Assembly: GCA_030148705.1 (NCBI GenBank) | Contig: JASBSY010000024.1 | Span: 21,212-85,211, forward strand | Reading direction: 5' to 3' | Origin: Pukyongia sp. | Lineage (GTDB): Bacteria; Bacteroidota; Bacteroidia; Flavobacteriales; Flavobacteriaceae | DNA length: 64,000 nt | Part shown: positions 51,417 through 60,537 of the stretch, one piece after another | Layout of the letters: each line of letters opens with the position of its first letter | Position numbering within the stretch: the first letter of the stretch is position 1 | The notes under the pieces: model-generated | What the model was told of the DNA's origin: nothing | Seen by the model: the letters and a program-made list of their open reading frames with translations, nothing else | The model's database searches: none | Made by a program: the position numbers and the translations under genes

Positions 51417-51863
51417 ATGGACCAGGTACTAATTAACGGTGTTAACTACCCTATCAATTTAGGGTATAAATGCCTTCGGCCGCTTAGTGAGCGTTTGGGC
51501 CACAAAAGCCCTATTACTACCATCAGAACAGTGGGTGAGATTTTTCAGCCGCTGTTCGATGCGTATGCAGATATCGACGAATCGGAGTTCGACCAGGTAG
51601 ATTCAGAGAATATTACCTACGAACAGATTGAACTTTTCCGCCACCTTACCATCTGTGCAATACAGGCAGCCACACCGGGTATCGATTTTGATATCCCGGA
51701 GGAAGATAGTTTTACTTTCTTCACAAATAATGCTGCTGCTCTTGGCGTGATCATGGTAGGATTTGTAAAGGCAACCGTACCGCAAGACACCGCGATAGAG
51801 CCGGGAAAGCCGAAGCGGGCGAAGAGGGGTCCGAAGAAGAATATGAAAAAGCAAAAGGCATAA
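51417..51863 (+). CDS. Tail assembly chaperone G
   Basis: Between tail tube and tape measure; contains GGGAAAG. Confidence 0.8.
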   Translation: MDQVLINGVNYPINLGYKCLRPLSERLGHKSPITTIRTVGEIFQPLFDAYADIDESEFDQVDSENITYEQIELFRHLTICAIQAATPGIDFDIPEEDSFTFFTNNAAALGVIMVGFVKATVPQDTAIEPGKPKRAKRGPKKNMKKQKA

Positions 51864-52216
51864 ATGAAGTTACCTGGGATGAATTGGAGCAGTTGGCGTG
51901 CGGGGAGATAGGACTTGGTTATACCGAATTCTACTCTCTCACGCCGCGCCAATTCTATAACATCCAAAAGGGGTATTTCAATAAGTTGGAGCGGGTTGAA
52001 AATCAGAAGTGGTTACACACAAAAGTGATGAGTTATATGATATATCTCAACATTCCAACCAAAAAAGCAAAAAAGAAAAGCCTTGCAGAGTTTGATGAGG
52101 CTTTCTTTAAAACTAAAAAGAAGTACCAGGTAAAGGAAAAGCAATCCGGGCTATCAGTGGAAGAGCGTAAAAAACTGGCGATGGAGTTATGGTCCCGGAT
52201 CGATGCGAAGAATTAA
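51803..52216 (+). CDS. Tail chaperone T moiety, expressed as a GT fusion by -1 frameshift
   Basis: Slippery G GGA AAG at 51803-51809; the -1 frame is open through to 52216. Confidence 0.85.
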   Translation, partial: GKAEAGEEGSEEEYEKAKGINEVTWDELEQLACGEIGLGYTEFYSLTPRQFYNIQKGYFNKLERVENQKWLHTKVMSYMIYLNIPTKKAKKKSLAEFDEAFFKTKKKYQVKEKQSGLSVEERKKLAMELWSRIDAKN

Positions 52217-52289
52217 CGCGGCATGGAGCAGTTGGCAGCTCGCCTGCTTGCTTTGCAGGAGGTCACAGGTTCGAATCCTGTTGCCGCTA
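52217..52289 (+). tRNA. Atypical tRNA-like element: fMet-type body, GCT anticodon, short variable loop
   Basis: Perfect cloverleaf CGCGGCA/TG/GAGC-AGTTGGCA-GCTC/G/CCTGC-TTGCTTT-GCAGG/AGGTC/ACAGG-TTCGAAT-CCTGT/TGCCGCT/A. Confidence 0.9.
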
Positions 52290-52320
52290 CTAGAAGTATA
52301 ATTTAAAAGGGAATTGCCGA

Positions 52321-54606
52321 AGCGCGAGTTTAAGTAAAATAAACATTAAGTTTCATGCAGATCTGAAAGAATTCTCTTCTCAGATGCAGAATGCGGAGCG
52401 CTCCATGCAGAAGTTCGGGAAGAAACTGCGGGGTGCGGGCGCGGCACTTTCGGTAGGACTTACAGCACCTATTGTGGCTCTTGGCGCAAAAGGTGTTTTT
52501 GCTTTCGACCAGCAGGCAAAAGCCATCGCCCAAGTGGAAGCCGGTATAAAAAGTACCGGTGGCGCTGCCGGAAAAACGGCAACCGAACTAACAAAAATGG
52601 CCGCTTCCTTACAGGGAAGTACGCTCTTTGGCGACGAAGAGATATTAAAAGACGTTACAGCACAGCTTCTTACATTCACAAACATTGCAGGGACTCAGTT
52701 CGACAGGACCCAAAAGGCTGTACTAGATCTGGCCACCCGCCTCGATGGTGACTTGAAAAGCGCCTCCATACAATTAGGAAAAGCCCTTAACGATCCTGTG
52801 GCTAATTTAAGCGCCTTGTCCCGGTCCGGGATTCAATTCTCCACAGACCAGAAAAAGGTAATAAAATCCCTGGTAGAAACCGGGCGAATTGCCGAGGCGC
52901 AAACAGTTATACTCGATGAACTTGAAAAGCAATATGGCGGAGCTGCCGAAGCAGCCGCAAAGGCAGGATTAGGTCCGTTTAAACAGCTGGGTAATGCCCT
53001 GGGGGATCTTACCGAAGATTTTGGAAAGATCATCGTGGAAGCCCTGCTTCCGTTCGTGGAAAAACTAAAGTCGGTTGTATCGTCGCTTCAAAACCTCGAT
53101 GACGGTACAAAGAAAACCATTGCGATAGTCGCGGGATTTGCCGCTGCTTTAGGCCCGATATTGTTTACAATAGGATACCTGGCCACCAATGTTATTCCCG
53201 GATTGATCGTTGCTTTAAAAGCGCTTCAGCTGGCTATTATGACCAATCCGATAGGTGCTTTAGCCACTACGGTAACTGTATTTGCCGGAGCGGTATTGCT
53301 CGCAAATACCCGCCTTACATCACTTACCGATGCAAATAAAGAGTTTGCAAACCTGAGCGCACAGGCCGGGCGAAGTATTGCGGCCGAAAAGGTGGCGCTG
53401 GATAACCTTATCCGCACAGCTAACAATGAGCGTATAAGTAAAGAAAAGCGCCTCGATGCTATAAAAGAACTTAATCGAGTTGTTCCACAATATAACGGTG
53501 AGCTCACTCTTGAAACATTAAATACAGATAAGGCGCGTGAGGCCACTGATAAGTATGTTCAGAGTTTATTGTTAAAGGCTAAAGTACAGGCCGCTCAGGA
53601 AAAATTGGTTGAAGTAGAAAGACAGCTGCTCGATCTTATGCTTGGACAATCGGAAGCGGCAGATCCTTCCTTCTGGCAAAACCTGGGTAACGCGGTTACC
53701 TCCTTCGGAAGCCAGTCGGCTTATATGGGTAAAACCCTGGAGACGGTTGTGGATAATATGCAGGAGGAAGAAAAACAACTTACCTCGCTTCAGAAAAAAT
53801 TACTCGGCTTCCTTCAGTCCAATCAGGATGTGGTAGATGGTCTTAAAGGACAGGAAACTACCCTGGCCGATGTGGGGGCTCAGGGGGATCAAACAAGGAA
53901 ATCGCTCACAAAGCTTACCGGGGTGATGAATACCATGTTCGTGGATAACGAACCAACTGAGTTATATACCTGGGTGGATGCAATGAACCAGGTGGGGGCT
54001 GCGGCTAATAAGCTTATCCCCACACTAACAAAGGCACAACAGACAGCCGGGGCGGTAGCGGCATCCATCAACGAACAGGTGGGTCCTGCTATACAGGATG
54101 CGGCGGCCACCATCGCTTCGGGATTTGGTAAGATATTGGCGGGGTTCGCAACCGGGACCAGCGGCCTTCGGGATATTGCGAACCTTATTATTGGCACCCT
54201 GGGAGATCTTATGATCCGCCTGGGTGAGATTGCTATTCAGGCGGGAATTGGTATCCAGGCAATTAAGGCTGCCTTCGAAAGCTTAAACCCTGCTGTGGCT
54301 ATTGCCGCCGGTATTGCCCTTATTGCGTTTGGTTCGCTTATTAAATCGGCAATACAATCTGCACCGCCGGATGTTGCCCTGGCTCAGGGTGGATTGGTAC
54401 GCGGGGAAACCCTTGCTTTAATTGGGGATAACCGTAATGCTGCCTTCGATCCGGAAGTGGTTGCACCCCTGAGTAAGCTACGAGACTTTATAAATCCTAA
54501 CCAGGGCGCCGGCGGGGTCGATGTGCATATAAGCGGAAAGCTTGAAGGAAACGACCTGAAGCTTGTTATCGACAGGCAAATAGAAAGAAAGATTCGGTTA
54601 AAATGA
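52321..54606 (+). CDS. Tail tape measure protein (ORF track start 52384; open extension from AGC at 52321)
   Basis: Ala/Gly-rich helical protein, QLGKALNDP motif; in-frame extension ASLSKINIKFHADLKEFSSQ has no ATG/GTG/TTG. Confidence 0.9.
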   Translation, partial: SASLSKINIKFHADLKEFSSQMQNAERSMQKFGKKLRGAGAALSVGLTAPIVALGAKGVFAFDQQAKAIAQVEAGIKSTGGAAGKTATELTKMAASLQGSTLFGDEEILKDVTAQLLTFTNIAGTQFDRTQKAVLDLATRLDGDLKSASIQLGKALNDPVANLSALSRSGIQFSTDQKKVIKSLVETGRIAEAQTVILDELEKQYGGAAEAAAKAGLGPFKQLGNALGDLTEDFGKIIVEALLPFVEKLKSVVSSLQNLDDGTKKTIAIVAGFAAALGPILFTIGYLATNVIPGLIVALKALQLAIMTNPIGALATTVTVFAGAVLLANTRLTSLTDANKEFANLSAQAGRSIAAEKVALDNLIRTANNERISKEKRLDAIKELNRVVPQYNGELTLETLNTDKAREATDKYVQSLLLKAKVQAAQEKLVEVERQLLDLMLGQSEAADPSFWQNLGNAVTSFGSQSAYMGKTLETVVDNMQEEEKQLTSLQKKLLGFLQSNQDVVDGLKGQETTLADVGAQGDQTRKSLTKLTGVMNTMFVDNEPTELYTWVDAMNQVGAAANKLIPTLTKAQQTAGAVAASINEQVGPAIQDAAATIASGFGKILAGFATGTSGLRDIANLIIGTLGDLMIRLGEIAIQAGIGIQAIKAAFESLNPAVAIAAGIALIAFGSLIKSAIQSAPPDVALAQGGLVRGETLALIGDNRNAAFDPEVVAPLSKLRDFINPNQGAGGVDVHISGKLEGNDLKLVIDRQIERKIRLK

Positions 54607-56768
54607 TCTATTGTATCTCCATATCGGTTTATGATACAACGCTTCCTGCGGGGTCTGTGGAGCATATCCAGGACTATGCCGAAAAGGGATCTGTTAAGAT
54701 CGTGTACGATGGTGAAGATAATAAACTACCATCCATCCTTTCGTCCAGGGTAGAATTCTCCCTGGAGGTGCCGCACAATGTAACAGATACGGACCTGTTC
54801 TACGAAACCCTGTTTACCGGAAATGAAGTGCGCTATAGTGTTGTGGTGCGCGACCAGGACAATAATACGCTATGGACCGGCTTTGTGCTTGCCGATGAAT
54901 ATAATGAGCCTTATACCACCGGCACTTTCTATGTACGGTTTACGGCCACCGATGGCCTGGCGCGATTGAAAGGACAGGTGTTGCCCGATTCGTTCTATAC
55001 AGCCCGGCAAAGCATAAGCAAGGTAGTAACCGACTGCCTGAATAAAACAGGCCTTTCTTTAGACCTGTGGGTTAATGAGGCTATAAAGAACAACGGTGCC
55101 GGTTCGCGCTGGGATACCTTGTATGTGGATGGTGCTGCCTGGCTTTCAAATGGTACAAAGACCGATTGCTATGATATTTTAGAAGGAATCATCCATGAGC
55201 TGGGTTGTGTATTGTTTCAGCAGGATGGAAAGTGGTATGCAATAGGAATTAACAAGCGCGGAGTTACGGTGCCTATATATAACCGGTATGATACTTCCGG
55301 GGTGTATGTTGAAACACATCAGCCTCCTGCGTTAAAACCTAAATTTCTGCGGTGGGATGCCACCCCTTCCATCTCTATTAGTCCACCTTTCAGGGAGGTG
55401 GAGATCACTACCGGGGTGGAGATTACCAATACCCTTCTTCCGGAAGATATTGTACGACAGCCCTGGACTAAGACGGCCGAACCCCAGGACCCACCGCTTC
55501 CTAAATACTGGACGGGCACAGGCTTAACTCCTGTATTAAAACATAATAATAATGGTGCGTTTCCAACATATTTAGGAGAAGCGATAGAGGTTACCGGCTC
55601 TGCGGTAGGGGCAGAGCATATATATGCAGATCCGACTCCCACCCAGGTGTTAAATAATTACATTTCTTTAATTACAAAGCCTTATGTGCGCGGTGGTTCA
55701 GGAGAAACCATAGATGTTTCATTTACTTATACTTCTTTTTGGCCTTCTCCATTTGTAAATCCCGCAGAGTTTATGGATAATGATGTGGTAGTATATGACA
55801 TCTTGCTAGATGGAAGTACTATTATTAGTAATCGTTCCGGGTTTTCCTCTTCTGGGGCTTATGGCTTAGATTTCGATACGGTAAGTATAGGGGCGGGATT
55901 GTATAAAGTAGATGCACGCTTGAATATCACGGATTTTGAACTTCCTAATTCAGGATCTCTAGATATACGCTTTCACCACCTGGGCGATGTGGATGGTGTA
56001 TCGTACACTTCCGGGTATTTTGTAATATCTGATCTGTCTATAAACTATATTGCAGATACGACCAACGTATTTAAAAAGCGTCGCACTTTAGAGCACACAA
56101 AGACCCATGAGGTGAGCACCTTCCATGGTGATACGGTGCTGGATTTGGTTCCTAATTCGTTTATCTATCAGCCGTATATGGCTGCCGGGCAATTTACGTC
56201 CGTTACCTTTTCCGCTGCTTATATCTACGACAGCGGCGGGGATCCTATTGGATGGTGTTTAGGGGTTTCTTCGGCAAACTATTCTTCCCTGCAAAGCAAC
56301 AGCGACCGTATTTATGTAAAGCGAAACAACAGCGATTTCTACGAGTATATAACCGATATAACCTTTGTCACCGATGCCGGGAATTACTACGTGCTTATTC
56401 GTCATCAAGACGGTTATTTAACCCAGGTGGGCGATAGCCTGCTTATCCGTTCGGCCACAGGTGGAAACCCGCAGACCACCGTAGTAAGAGGCTACAGGGA
56501 GCAATGGAAGAAAACTACACAGAATACCGGCACCCAGCGATTTGCACAGGTGCTGGCCGAAACGATTCACGACATCTATCACCGGGCGGTGATCTCTTTT
56601 GAAGGGACCGTTACCGGACTGATATTCCCCTTAACAGTATTGCGGATGCAATTTAAGAACAAGGACCGGTTTTGGGTGGCCACCCGCATTACGATGGAGC
56701 CGGGTGAGAATACCAGCGATATAAAGATCATGGAATATGTGGACGAAAAAGTAACAGATTATGAGTAG
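54603..56768 (+). CDS. Tail tip/baseplate-region protein
   Basis: Follows the tape measure gene; 721 aa, beta-rich; ATDGLARLK motif. Confidence 0.7.
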   Translation: MIYCISISVYDTTLPAGSVEHIQDYAEKGSVKIVYDGEDNKLPSILSSRVEFSLEVPHNVTDTDLFYETLFTGNEVRYSVVVRDQDNNTLWTGFVLADEYNEPYTTGTFYVRFTATDGLARLKGQVLPDSFYTARQSISKVVTDCLNKTGLSLDLWVNEAIKNNGAGSRWDTLYVDGAAWLSNGTKTDCYDILEGIIHELGCVLFQQDGKWYAIGINKRGVTVPIYNRYDTSGVYVETHQPPALKPKFLRWDATPSISISPPFREVEITTGVEITNTLLPEDIVRQPWTKTAEPQDPPLPKYWTGTGLTPVLKHNNNGAFPTYLGEAIEVTGSAVGAEHIYADPTPTQVLNNYISLITKPYVRGGSGETIDVSFTYTSFWPSPFVNPAEFMDNDVVVYDILLDGSTIISNRSGFSSSGAYGLDFDTVSIGAGLYKVDARLNITDFELPNSGSLDIRFHHLGDVDGVSYTSGYFVISDLSINYIADTTNVFKKRRTLEHTKTHEVSTFHGDTVLDLVPNSFIYQPYMAAGQFTSVTFSAAYIYDSGGDPIGWCLGVSSANYSSLQSNSDRIYVKRNNSDFYEYITDITFVTDAGNYYVLIRHQDGYLTQVGDSLLIRSATGGNPQTTVVRGYREQWKKTTQNTGTQRFAQVLAETIHDIYHRAVISFEGTVTGLIFPLTVLRMQFKNKDRFWVATRITMEPGENTSDIKIMEYVDEKVTDYE

Positions 56769-56895
56769 GCTGAAATACAGAATTTTTATAGGTGTTGAAC
56801 CGGAGCCTACCGCACCCGAAGAAACGATAAACCTGGTGGTGCAGAGCGGGGATAATGCCGTAACACAAAGTGGAGATAATATAATAATTAAGTAG
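56761..56895 (+). CDS. 44-aa small virion-region protein (not in ORF track)
   Basis: MSRLKYRIFIGVEPEPTAPEETINLVVQSGDNAVTQSGDNIIIK. Confidence 0.55.
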   Translation: MSRLKYRIFIGVEPEPTAPEETINLVVQSGDNAVTQSGDNIIIK

Positions 56896-56897
56896 TT

Positions 56898-58199
56898 ATG
56901 CCAGATAAGAAATTTTCGGATTTTCCGTATTTGGATCCTTCAGAGGTTGCAGCCGATGATGAAATACTGATCCTGGATAAGAGCAATACCAGCCATGAGT
57001 TGGGAGATGCCGCAGGAACCATGTCGCGAACTCTGCCCGAAGCAGTGAAAAACACCGGCAACGTGGCTTCCCGGTTTATCTATACCCCTATAGATTTCGC
57101 CACTCCCGGCACCGATATCGATAAAGTGAAGGATGCTATTAACGCCATGGGCACCCTTGCTATGGAGCGGAAGGTATATAATTTCTATACCATCCGTTAT
57201 GTGGAAGGCGATGGCAGTACCACCATTAGCAGTGATGGCGGTCCCGGCTTCGACAGTATTATAGATTTCTACCAGCTGCTGCGCAATTATAGTTCCCTGG
57301 GTTCCGGTGGAACGCAGTTGCAGGGAAGCGGATATGCTAATTTACGACTGGCCAGCAGGATAAGTACCCGCGATACATCCGTGGCCGATAACGATTTGGG
57401 CGAGCAGGGTGTAACTGATATTGAAGATGTTGTGAACGCCAATGGACCGTATGTAACCAATCCGGGTGGGTTTAACCTGTTTACGGTAGATCGTTCCGGG
57501 GTGCCGCATCGCTATTTATATGTGGGTGAGGCAGTGAATATTGGTGATGGTGAAGTACAAACCACTTCGTCCGACTGGCTGGCCTGGCCTACCACTTCGG
57601 GGGAAGATGACGGTGAGCCGGACACTACCCCACAGGGCTATGAGAATTACATCTTTGTACAAAAAGCCTATGCAACCATGGCGGCTTTATACGCAGCCCA
57701 GGCGGACCAAATAAAAGGCGCTGTAATGTATGTGGCCGATGCGAGTGCGCACGCTAAGTTGATTTATGGATATGCCTATTTAGAGTATTTAGGAACCACA
57801 TCCGGGGATGAATCGGATTACACTATAATCTCTAGCCAGAAAGTGGAATCTGCGGAACTTATGTGTAGTGATATGAGTACTGATTTAAGCACCGGAACAG
57901 ATTTAGCCTATTGGTATCCTGAGAAGGATGGGACGATAGTAGCGGTATCGAGCGGGTGTTTTGTTGCCCCTACAGGAGCGGTTGTAACCAATGATATAAA
58001 TAAAAACGGAACAACAATTCTCAGTACAAAATTAACAATTGATGCAGGAGAAAAAACAAGTATAACCGCCGCCACTCCAGCGGTTATAAGCGTGTCTTCC
58101 TTTTCGACGGGTGATATATTTTCAGTGGATCGGGATACGGTTGGAAGCACTGTAAAAGGCAAAGGAAATATTGTGAAACTATTCTATATATATACGTGA
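56898..58199 (+). CDS. Putative tail fibre/receptor-binding protein
   Basis: N-terminal DKKFSDF; C-terminal TILSTKLTIDAGEKTSITAATPAVI beta-sandwich-like segment. Confidence 0.6.
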   Translation: MPDKKFSDFPYLDPSEVAADDEILILDKSNTSHELGDAAGTMSRTLPEAVKNTGNVASRFIYTPIDFATPGTDIDKVKDAINAMGTLAMERKVYNFYTIRYVEGDGSTTISSDGGPGFDSIIDFYQLLRNYSSLGSGGTQLQGSGYANLRLASRISTRDTSVADNDLGEQGVTDIEDVVNANGPYVTNPGGFNLFTVDRSGVPHRYLYVGEAVNIGDGEVQTTSSDWLAWPTTSGEDDGEPDTTPQGYENYIFVQKAYATMAALYAAQADQIKGAVMYVADASAHAKLIYGYAYLEYLGTTSGDESDYTIISSQKVESAELMCSDMSTDLSTGTDLAYWYPEKDGTIVAVSSGCFVAPTGAVVTNDINKNGTTILSTKLTIDAGEKTSITAATPAVISVSSFSTGDIFSVDRDTVGSTVKGKGNIVKLFYIYT

Positions 58200-58202
58200 T
58201 TC

Positions 58203-58958
58203 ATGGGGGTAATTCTAAATCCATATACATCTGATAATCTTATTCCTCTTGGAAACCTTGTGGCTTATTTAAGGTTTAATAATTCCGTGGCGGACCAGTC
58301 AGGAAATCATTCACCAACGAGCAACGGAGTAACGTATGTAAATGGTTTATTCTCCCTTGGATCATTGGAGGCTGTGTACTTAAATGATAACTCAGATTAT
58401 ATTCAAATTTCAGACGATGGTAGTTTAAGTTTTACAAATGGTAGTGCCGATCAACCTTTTAGTATTACGACTCTTATGGAGCCATTAAATCTGGGGGTGG
58501 TTGAAGGCAGTATCTATCAAAAGTTTTTGTTTTCGAAAAGAGGATCCGGATCGAATGGTGATCTTGAAAAAGAATACCAGTTTACTACCACCAATGCTTC
58601 AACAAATCATAAGCTATTTTGGTCGCAATGGGATCAAAGCTCTGGCGGTAGAAAAAATTGGCAAGGAAGTACCAATTTGGTAAACTCGACGAAGTACCAT
58701 ATTGGAGTAAGTACAGACGGTACAAATATGCAATTTTATGTGGACGCGGTTGCGGAAACTATGACACCATCCTCTTCCGGAACCTATACTTGCATGGAAA
58801 ACCTGGGGGCACCGTTTAAAATTGGTTCTACTCTTTGGGGTGATCAATATGGGCTACAAGCTTATTATGATGGTTTTGCTATTTGGGATATAGGGTTATC
58901 ACAGGAGCAAATGACAGCAATAAAGGAAAAGCAATATAGCGGACAGGAATTATTATAA
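58203..58958 (+). CDS. LamG/ConA-like lectin-domain protein
   Basis: VAYLRFN, YHIGVS, FYVDA and YDGFAIWDIGLS motifs. Confidence 0.75.
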   Translation: MGVILNPYTSDNLIPLGNLVAYLRFNNSVADQSGNHSPTSNGVTYVNGLFSLGSLEAVYLNDNSDYIQISDDGSLSFTNGSADQPFSITTLMEPLNLGVVEGSIYQKFLFSKRGSGSNGDLEKEYQFTTTNASTNHKLFWSQWDQSSGGRKNWQGSTNLVNSTKYHIGVSTDGTNMQFYVDAVAETMTPSSSGTYTCMENLGAPFKIGSTLWGDQYGLQAYYDGFAIWDIGLSQEQMTAIKEKQYSGQELL

Positions 58959-58978
58959 ATCAAAACAATTAAAAGATT

Positions 58979-59374
58979 ATGGCACTTACAGCAATCGAAC
59001 AATTAAGAATATTGGCGGGTGAAGCTCGGCCAGATGCAACAGACTTTAAAAGCTTAATACTTCAGTCCGCTGCGATAAACGGAACCGCGTTTATAAATAA
59101 CGCAAAAGATACTTCGTCTGATCCAACGGCTGAAAGCTACTATAACAAATACACAAGTATAGTACGCTCAATTTTTAGTAAGAATATGAGTATGGTCGAT
59201 GCGCTAGAGCGTGTTTTGGTGGTTCTATTAGGTCAAAATGCAGTAACGTTTTCTCAAGTGCAAAGTGCTACCGATGCGCAGTGGGAAGCATTTGTTACAG
59301 ATAAGATTGACGATGCCATCGAACTAGTTGCAATGACAACCAGTGCTGAGAAATTAGCATACGAAAATCTTTAA
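58979..59374 (+). CDS. Hypothetical phage protein
   Basis: ORF track. Confidence 0.65.
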   Translation: MALTAIEQLRILAGEARPDATDFKSLILQSAAINGTAFINNAKDTSSDPTAESYYNKYTSIVRSIFSKNMSMVDALERVLVVLLGQNAVTFSQVQSATDAQWEAFVTDKIDDAIELVAMTTSAEKLAYENL

Positions 59375-59386
59375 TAATTAAATGTC

Positions 59387-59737
59387 TTGGTAAAGGCTAT
59401 GGAAACAGACGTAAACATTTGGGCGTGTATAGGCCTGGGGCTTTTAGGGATTGTGTTCTTCACGTTCTTTAAGTCCAGGAAACACTTTATTGAGTGGAAC
59501 CCCTTTAAGCCGAGAACGGTTAAGGTAAATGATACATGGAGTTTTAGCGTACTGCTGCAAGAGAATTTCGGGGCGTGGCTATGGTCGTTTGTAATGATCG
59601 TACTGGTGGCCGTTGTGGTTGGATACATCCCGGATGTGGCAGAGGCTATTTCAGAGAATTTAGGGTTAACGGTAGGAACGACATCGAAGTCGTTCTTCAC
59701 TTTAGGCATTGCCCTGTCAGCACTTGTAAAAAAATAA
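59387..59737 (+). CDS. Multi-TM membrane protein, holin candidate
   Basis: Three hydrophobic segments, basic C-terminus. Confidence 0.55.
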   Translation: MVKAMETDVNIWACIGLGLLGIVFFTFFKSRKHFIEWNPFKPRTVKVNDTWSFSVLLQENFGAWLWSFVMIVLVAVVVGYIPDVAEAISENLGLTVGTTSKSFFTLGIALSALVKK

Positions 59738-59754
59738 CCTAACACGTATATGCG

Positions 59755-59910
59755 ATGAAAAATCCGAGTAAAGAAGAATTAAGATGGGTGGTTGCCTACT
59801 CCAGATGGCATTATAAGGTCGTTACGCAAGGGCTGTCAACACTGGATGATGACGATACGGTAAACCCTACCCCGCCACCACCACCGCCTCCACCACCAAC
59901 AGACGATTAA
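59755..59910 (+). CDS. 51-aa peptide with a run of 9 prolines (not in ORF track)
   Basis: MKNPSKEELRWVVAYSRWHYKVVTQGLSTLDDDDTVNPTPPPPPPPPPTDD. Confidence 0.6.
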   Translation: MKNPSKEELRWVVAYSRWHYKVVTQGLSTLDDDDTVNPTPPPPPPPPPTDD

Positions 59911-59911
59911 T

Positions 59912-60265
59912 ATGAAAGCGATCCTGGTTATATTGTTTATAATCCTTTTTATAGGGAACAGCTATATATGTACGTGGCTATACCCCTACGACCCGGCCAA
60001 TGCCGAAACGTATCATTATTTCAATGACTGGTATTATATGCGGGACCGGATCTATGAACTTATGTTCCTTATAGCAATTTGCTTTCCATTCACAAAAGGA
60101 ACGCGCCTAAGCCGGGCGGTTGTTTTTGGGGGATTTATAATTGTGCTTAGTAGTGTTTCAGATAAATTATTAATAGGGCAATACACCACCATGTTACGCG
60201 ATTGGTTAGTAATCGTGCCGGCCGCTGTGGCGATGTCCACCTTTGTATATATGCGATCAAAATGA
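59912..60265 (+). CDS. Four-TM membrane protein
   Basis: Hydrophobicity pattern. Confidence 0.6.
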   Translation: MKAILVILFIILFIGNSYICTWLYPYDPANAETYHYFNDWYYMRDRIYELMFLIAICFPFTKGTRLSRAVVFGGFIIVLSSVSDKLLIGQYTTMLRDWLVIVPAAVAMSTFVYMRSK

Positions 60266-60537
60266 GAAAAGAACTTTTCGATATTCAGTTACTGTTTAGA
60301 TTATTGCGTCACTTTGTAGTAGTGTACCTGGGCGCGTATGCCGCGCTTTTTTTCTACTCAGATTGGGATTGGGGAAACTTTTTATCGAACGGATTTAAGA
60401 TCGTCTGCATAAGCATAGCAACGATGATCTATTGTTACGGCGCGATCGCAATAATACGCGACATAAAAGCCGGGGCGTTGGCCGTCTTGGTAGGGCGAAT
60501 TAAAACATGGTTTAAAGTTTTAATACATGGAAGGTAA
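60262..60537 (+). CDS. Two-TM membrane protein
   Basis: ATGA-coupled; hydrophobic. Confidence 0.55.
   Translation: MRKELFDIQLLFRLLRHFVVVYLGAYAALFFYSDWDWGNFLSNGFKIVCISIATMIYCYGAIAIIRDIKAGALAVLVGRIKTWFKVLIHGR

Noticed and set aside
51886-52236. 12-bp repeat GGAGCAGTTGGC at 51886 and 52225
   Set aside because: It codes for EQLA in one place and forms a standard D-arm in the other; probably chance.
52217-52289. Calling the element an ordinary tRNA-Ser(GCT) or a second att site
   Set aside because: It lacks the long variable arm SerRS needs, has an unpaired 1:72 and U37, and has no duplicated half elsewhere in the window.
52205-52326. T4 gene 60-style ribosomal hop from AAT-TAA (52211) to AAT (52300/52312), fusing chaperone T to the tape measure
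   Set aside because: Matching codons exist, but a T-tape-measure fusion makes little functional sense and does not explain the anticodon/AGC match.
52217-52390. tmRNA-like resume mechanism
   Set aside because: There is no G3-U70 alanylation pair, and the ORF lies outside the tRNA ends.
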